Positions 58,499 through 64,000 of a stretch of DNA of 64,000 nt are shown here, piece after piece. The notes under the pieces were generated by a model, which worked only from the letters and a program-made list of their open reading frames with translations, had not been told where the DNA came from and searched no databases. The stretch lies in the NCBI RefSeq assembly GCF_022539665.2, contig NC_081331.1, forward strand, positions 3,286,001 through 3,350,000. The letters are read 5' to 3'. The position numbers and the translations under genes are program-made. The stretch is from Daphnia carinata. Lineage: Eukaryota. Position 1 is the stretch's first letter. Each line of letters begins with the position of its first letter.

Positions 58499-61367
58499 AT
58501 GACATCAATGGCAGGAGTTTTGCCTGAAAACAAAACCTTAACCATCTTACATTTCAACGATGTATACAATATCGAATCAGTCGACGAAGAGCCTGTAGGG
58601 GGAGCCGTTCGTTTTAGCACAGCACTTAAATCGTTTTCCCATCTGAATCCGCTGATCTTATTTAGCGGCGATTTCTTAGCCCCTTCGTTCAGTGAGTAAT
58701 TCAAATTTATAGGAAAATTTTGTAAAATAATAAAACACTTTTAAAATTTTTTAATGACCAGTGAGCACCTTCACCAAAGGTAAGATGACATTTTCTTTAT
58801 ATTTTCCATAGCGTTTATCGTTGTACTTGTCCAAATTCATATTTGATTTATGAATTTGAACTAAGACATTTTAAATTGGAGCAGGAGAGCATATGATCCC
58901 GGTCCTGAACGCCTGCGGAATCCACTGTGCAGTCTATGGAAACCACGAGTTCGGTAAGATTCGATTGTTTCATCGGTAAGAAATTGCTCGTGCCACAGCA
59001 GCAATGGTTTTTGGTTTGTATATCCCTTAACACTAAAGTCTAATCCATGCAAATGCAAGTACAGAATGCAGAAATGACAACATATTTAGTGTCTGAACTG
59101 CCATCAGATCAAGGATAACTAATCAGCAGCTTTGACTTCTTTTAGATTTTGGTATTGAGGTGCTCAGGCAAAGAGCCAAAGCCACTTCATTTCCTTGGCT
59201 AATGTCCAACGTGATCGACAACAAGACAAAACGACCTCTGGTATTACGAAAACAAAATTTTTATCCATCTCTCTATGGCAACTTAACTTATTTTTATTTT
59301 GAAAAATTAAGGCAGACGCCAAAAGCAGTGTAATTATTGACTGGCATGGGATACGCGTTGGGCTGGTATTCATAAAAAATGCGAACTGTCATTTCAGCCT
59401 AATATTGATATAACGGTACTTAGATTGGACTCGTCGAAAAAGAATGGTTACCCACTCTTGCGGAAGTTAACCTGGAGCATGTTACGTATAATGATTATGT
59501 CGAATGCGGCCGATTGCGTAGAACTGCCGAAATTCTTCAAACGTGCAGATTCAATATAACGCTATTTTGTTTATTTTTCAGTTTCGGAGAAATTGAAGGA
59601 TAACCAGGACTGCAATATTGTGATTGCTCTGACCCACATGCGATTACCGAATGATCTCAGGTTGGCAAAGGAAGTGGAGAAGATCGATCTGATTCTCGGA
59701 GGACACGATCACGTTCCAGAGTTTGTTGAGGTAACCGTTTGCAAAAAGAAGCTAAGATCAAATGTTATTAAAAGGCATGTTTTAAATGATACTTGTAGGT
59801 CGGAAACCGCTGCATCATCAAGAGTGGGACAGATTTTCGCCAATTTTCAAAGATTACGATTCGCTTTTTAGACGAGGAAGAGAAGCTAAAGCAGTTAATT
59901 AGCGTGAGCCTAGTGGACGTCACGTCTAAGTACCAGGAAGACGGCGACCTCAAATTAGCTCTTGATAGCTTTACAAGTTGGAATTTTATTGAATCACATT
60001 TCCACAAGCTTTAAACTCGACTTTTTTGTTGTTGTTTTTTTACCATCAGATGTGATTGGAATGAAGATGGAAGACGTTTTAGGAGAATTTAGCGTTCCAC
60101 TTGACGGCCGTTTCGCTTCCCTACGCACCTCAGAAACAAATCTAGGAAATTTTGTCTGTGATATCATGGTGACATATATAAAATCGTTTCGTGTTATGTG
60201 TAAATTAATATTGTTATTTTTTTATGGACACCAGGTGGCTGCAACTGACTCAGATTTGGCTCTGCTCAATTCAGGAACTCTGCGATCTGACCGAATCCAT
60301 CCACCTGGTCCGTTCAAGATACGTGATTTGAGTGAGATTCTTCCAATGCTGGATCCCCTCATCGTAGTTGAAATTTCTGGTAAGAAATAATAAAACGCAA
60401 AAAACTTGCGGTTTCTGCCTACATTTTCTAAGTCTACTAATCTTGATTAATGAAGGTGAAAATTTACTCGCCGCACTGGAGAACGGGGTTTCCATGTATC
60501 CAAAATTGGATGCCCGTTTTTTACAAGTAGGCGGGATGAGTTTCGCGTTTGATCCGAAAAAATTACCATTCCAACGAGTAGACCCACGCTTTGTCCGTAT
60601 AGGCAATAAGTATTTGGATTTACAAGCCAAATACCGGATGGTTACTAAAGCATACATGATGGCAGGAAAACATGGCTTCGAAGTCTTGACAAAATTAAAG
60701 ATTCTAGTTGGTCATTTTACTTATTTTAATTGGGAAAAGCAAACTTTTTTGTTTTCCTTTTTACATAGATCAATCAAGAAGACAATATGCCACTCACTAC
60801 AGCAGTGCAAAATCACCTCCAAAAGCTTTGTGCGAAAAATAAGCGTGCTGCGCAACTCGGACTAAACCGAGTACCTTTTACTAGCAGGTAATTTGCGATT
60901 CTTAATAATCCCTGGAAATACTGAATCTATTTTAAGATTTAATTTTTTTTATTGTACACACACTTGTAAATCCAATTTGTTCATTAAAAAAACGAACTAA
61001 ATGGAGATGGGAGCGCCTGATAAACCACAAATTGCATGTGGAATCAACTTTACGCAATACAGGTATTTCAGAAAGTGAATCTTTTCATCCATGGAAAAAC
61101 AATGCAGTTAAGTTAGCCAATTTTTCATTTTTAGTCGAAGAAATTGCTACTGCAGAAATGGTACAATTCACGACTAAGCAGAAAGCAACGGAATTGGGCC
61201 TTCAGTCTAGCAGTGAAGGGACAGAAAAAGTTTGTAGCCAATTGGGTCCGCGTATTGAAGGTAGGATTGTCATCATTAATGAAGAAACATTGCCCCAATT
61301 ACTGCGTGAACGTCAATCATGGAAGATTCAGGGTGCGCACACTATCCAAGGATCCAACGAAAACTAA
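58499..61367 (+). CDS. 5'-nucleotidase family metallophosphoesterase, copy 2 (tandem paralogue)
   Basis: Same exon structure and motifs as copy 1 (HFNDVY, GNHEF, THMR, GGHDH). The last exon appears to use a GAG acceptor at 61004-61006. Confidence 0.85.
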
Positions 61368-62053
61368 GGCTTTCTGACAGCCTTATGTTATGCGTAGATC
61401 ATATATTGAGGTACGATTATACATTTACTTTTTCTATTCAAGATGTTGATTGCTGCAAGCTCATTGTTATTATTTTTCTTACTTTGATATTGGACTTTAC
61501 TGTTGCTTTTCTGTTAAATCAAGGACCAAACTCTGTTTAAGGAAATTATTTGGTTAATTTCTGAAGGTTTCGTTCCACATGTATATCGGATCAAACTGGG
61601 CAATAGAAAATGTCTTTGATTATATAGCTATCAATCCATATCTGTGCTTCCTACATTGGTAATTTGTTCAGTGACATTGAAAGTAAGACTGTGCATTGTT
61701 CTCATCCCAGTCGTTGCTACGGCTAACTCCAAAACCGGAGTTAACGTCGGGTAACCCCCGTTCCCAGCGATACAATCTTGCCCTTGAAAAGAAATTTGGT
61801 TTTTAAACCAGTTTCTTTTCTTTTTCTTCTTCCCTTTGCTCAATTACAATTCACTTTTTCTTTTTGTTGTTGATCTAAATTTTAAAATGGTTAGAACTCC
61901 TTTCCAATTTCTGCCATGGGTATGCTCAATGGTGAAAGGATGAGGTACATGAACAGGTAGTAGATAAATATAATAATCAAATACAGGTGTAAAATCATCA
62001 TATATTTATTTACAGATTTACAGTTTATGTCAGAATCAAACTTGCCCATCCTT

Positions 62054-62648
62054 TTACAGATCTACCCTAGCAGACATTCCCAGAGGAATTGATTTCATTT
62101 CAGAACGCATGCAGAGAAATTCTGCTAGAACACATGTGATGGTTACACAAGAAAACTGCAGGACCCACCACGATGCTGAATAAGGCCATCCTGAGTTGTA
62201 AATTAAAGATGCAACCAAATGCAGGAAAAACGCTGTGACACTGAAATCGAGGCATAGTTTTGTCCTTTGGACGATAACCCAAAGAGAGGTAGCACTAAAA
62301 AATTTAACTCATTACTTGTTTTGCTCAATTGCCTATTAAAACAATTCTAATATCAAATTACCTGATAAGAGAATTTAATAGGAAACAAGCAACAACAAGA
62401 CGTCCACTAACATCTTTTACGTTTACTTCCTAAATGAACTAAAACATTAAAAATTTCTCAAGCTGGTAAAGAAAATCAAATACCTGATATTTAAAGATGT
62501 AGTCAATGGAAACAGGATGCCCAGCAATAACATTTAATAGTAATATAATCCATAATCCAAGTGAAACATACATGATGCATTGTACAGCTACTATTTGAGA
62601 TATAATCAAAGGAGGATCCCAGATCGCTATTCTAAATGAGCCGCTCAT
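62054..62648 (-). CDS. SYS1: Golgi membrane protein SYS1 homologue (3 exons)
   Basis: MSGSFR..WDPPLIISQIV, VQRTKLCLDFSVT, AEFLCMRSEMKSIPL..RVDL*. Confidence 0.93.
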
Positions 62649-63438
62649 TTTCTTTCGTAACAAATTTGTCTAAACGAAGGTAACGAGGGGAACTAGTAGT
62701 CGAAGAATGGAACGGTGGGTGACGTAATAATATTTGCTCTGAAATACGATGACATTTCATATGATAATAGGTTAATAGCTGGGTGCTAAACAACATCCTT
62801 TAGATCATTTGCTAGCCTTCACCGTCGATTCAAGATTTCAACGTGATTCAACAGAACTTTGTTTTAAGATAAAAAAACCGATGAACCAATACATTTGAAA
62901 ATTTTTATTAATAGCATTAGAATTTATCTTTTTTCTTCTACAATTTTTGTACCGAAATTATACATATCGGCTTCCAAAAATCTTGGCTCATCGTCTGCAT
63001 CCAGCGAAATGAGCTTTCGTTTCTTATTATACGTGGTTAAATCATTCCAGTTATTACCAGTTGAGAAGGGTGTAACTTTATACGTAGCCTTGAACAAGGC
63101 ATTTCGGTAATATTAATTGGAGTTCTTGAGCTCTTTGTTTTGTTTATCGCTGCCCAGATAGAAATCAAAACGGAGTTACTACGTTCGAAATACAGCTATG
63201 CGAAGGTGTTGACGAAGTGCTGCTAAATGTGTGCATGAAACTTGAAAGGAAAATATCAAGGAGCTTTTGAAGTGTCTTTTGTTACATTTGCATACGCCAG
63301 TATCACTCAAGCAAATAGTCTTGAAGGACTTTCAAACATTTAAAAATACCTGTAGTTCTAGCCACTGCACGTGTACAGTACTTATTTGCCCTTCAAGACG
63401 AAACCCATGTAGGTAAACTTGATCGACACCACATTGTT

Positions 63439-63542
63439 GCGGGGTGAATCCAGAAAAGAACTGTGATTTCATCTCAAGCCTTAGAGAGCGGTGAATTCAA
63501 AGACGAATTGTGATTTCATCTCAAACCTTAGCGAGCGGTGAA
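63439..63542. repeat. Imperfect tandem repeat, ~47-bp unit, about 2.3 copies
   Basis: TGTGATTTCATCTCAAGCCTTAGAGAGCGGTGAA at 63462 and TGTGATTTCATCTCAAACCTTAGCGAGCGGTGAA at 63509. Confidence 0.85.
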
Positions 63543-64000
63543 ACGAAGGACAGCATTTAACCCACAGTGTCAGGCGTTACAGCAGCCTTATCAAATAAAA
63601 CCAATTCAAGAAATTATTTTTAACGAAAATTGCGAGATTTAACCATGGTAGTGAAAATATTTAATTAAGAAATGGTTGTTTTATTTCGAAAAACGATGGC
63701 AAAACAAGCTCTGGTCAGTCCCACCACCTGGTAGTCGATTTTGTCACTATTAAGCTACGCATATTTACTAGGTCTCAATTCGAAAGCCTAAAGGCCTTGG
63801 AGGAATTTTCTCCAGAGGTGGCCTTGCATTGCAAATTTGCTAGTTGGAGAATGTAAACCATTTCAGCGTCTTCATGAAGATGACTAACGTGGAAATTATA
63901 CGTTGACGTCCCAAAAAGAAAATACTAATTGCTCGTTCTTGTAAACCTCGTTTGATTACTCGGAAGATCGGCCTACATAAATGTGTTGGAGAGACTTCTC

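Noticed and set aside
63439..63542. CRISPR-like repeat-spacer array
   Set aside because: Only about two imperfect contiguous units, eukaryotic context and no cas genes.

Overview
Eukaryotic, AT-rich genomic DNA with many short (~60-80 nt) GT-AG introns and long A/T homopolymers; the architecture suggests a branchiopod crustacean such as Daphnia (inference). Bases 1-17,000 hold no recognisable intact coding gene: probable long intronic/regulatory DNA, a candidate divergent promoter near 7.5-7.9 kb and a possible decayed coding relic at 15.3-16.8 kb. From 17.3 kb the window is gene-dense: LMAN1/ERGIC-53 (-), a two-module progranulin missed by the ORF track (+), a HECW-type HECT E3 ligase (-), an intronless PITRM1 (+), METTL25 (+), uricase (+), kynureninase (+), two small secreted single-disulfide peptide genes (-), an ADAMTS2/3/14-like protease (-), NCOA4 (-), a tRNA-like relic, an S28 serine peptidase (-), two tandem 5'-nucleotidase paralogues (+) and SYS1 (-). 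Most notable are (1) the paralogous GBP/ENF/secapin-like peptide pair, (2) an intronless PITRM1 that may sit inside the 5'-UTR intron of METTL25, (3) NCOA4 with triplicated W-L motifs and a GATA/HRE-rich promoter, and (4) a PTS1-like C-terminus on kynureninase next to SKL-ending uricase. Family assignments come from recognising motifs by eye; no database search was run.
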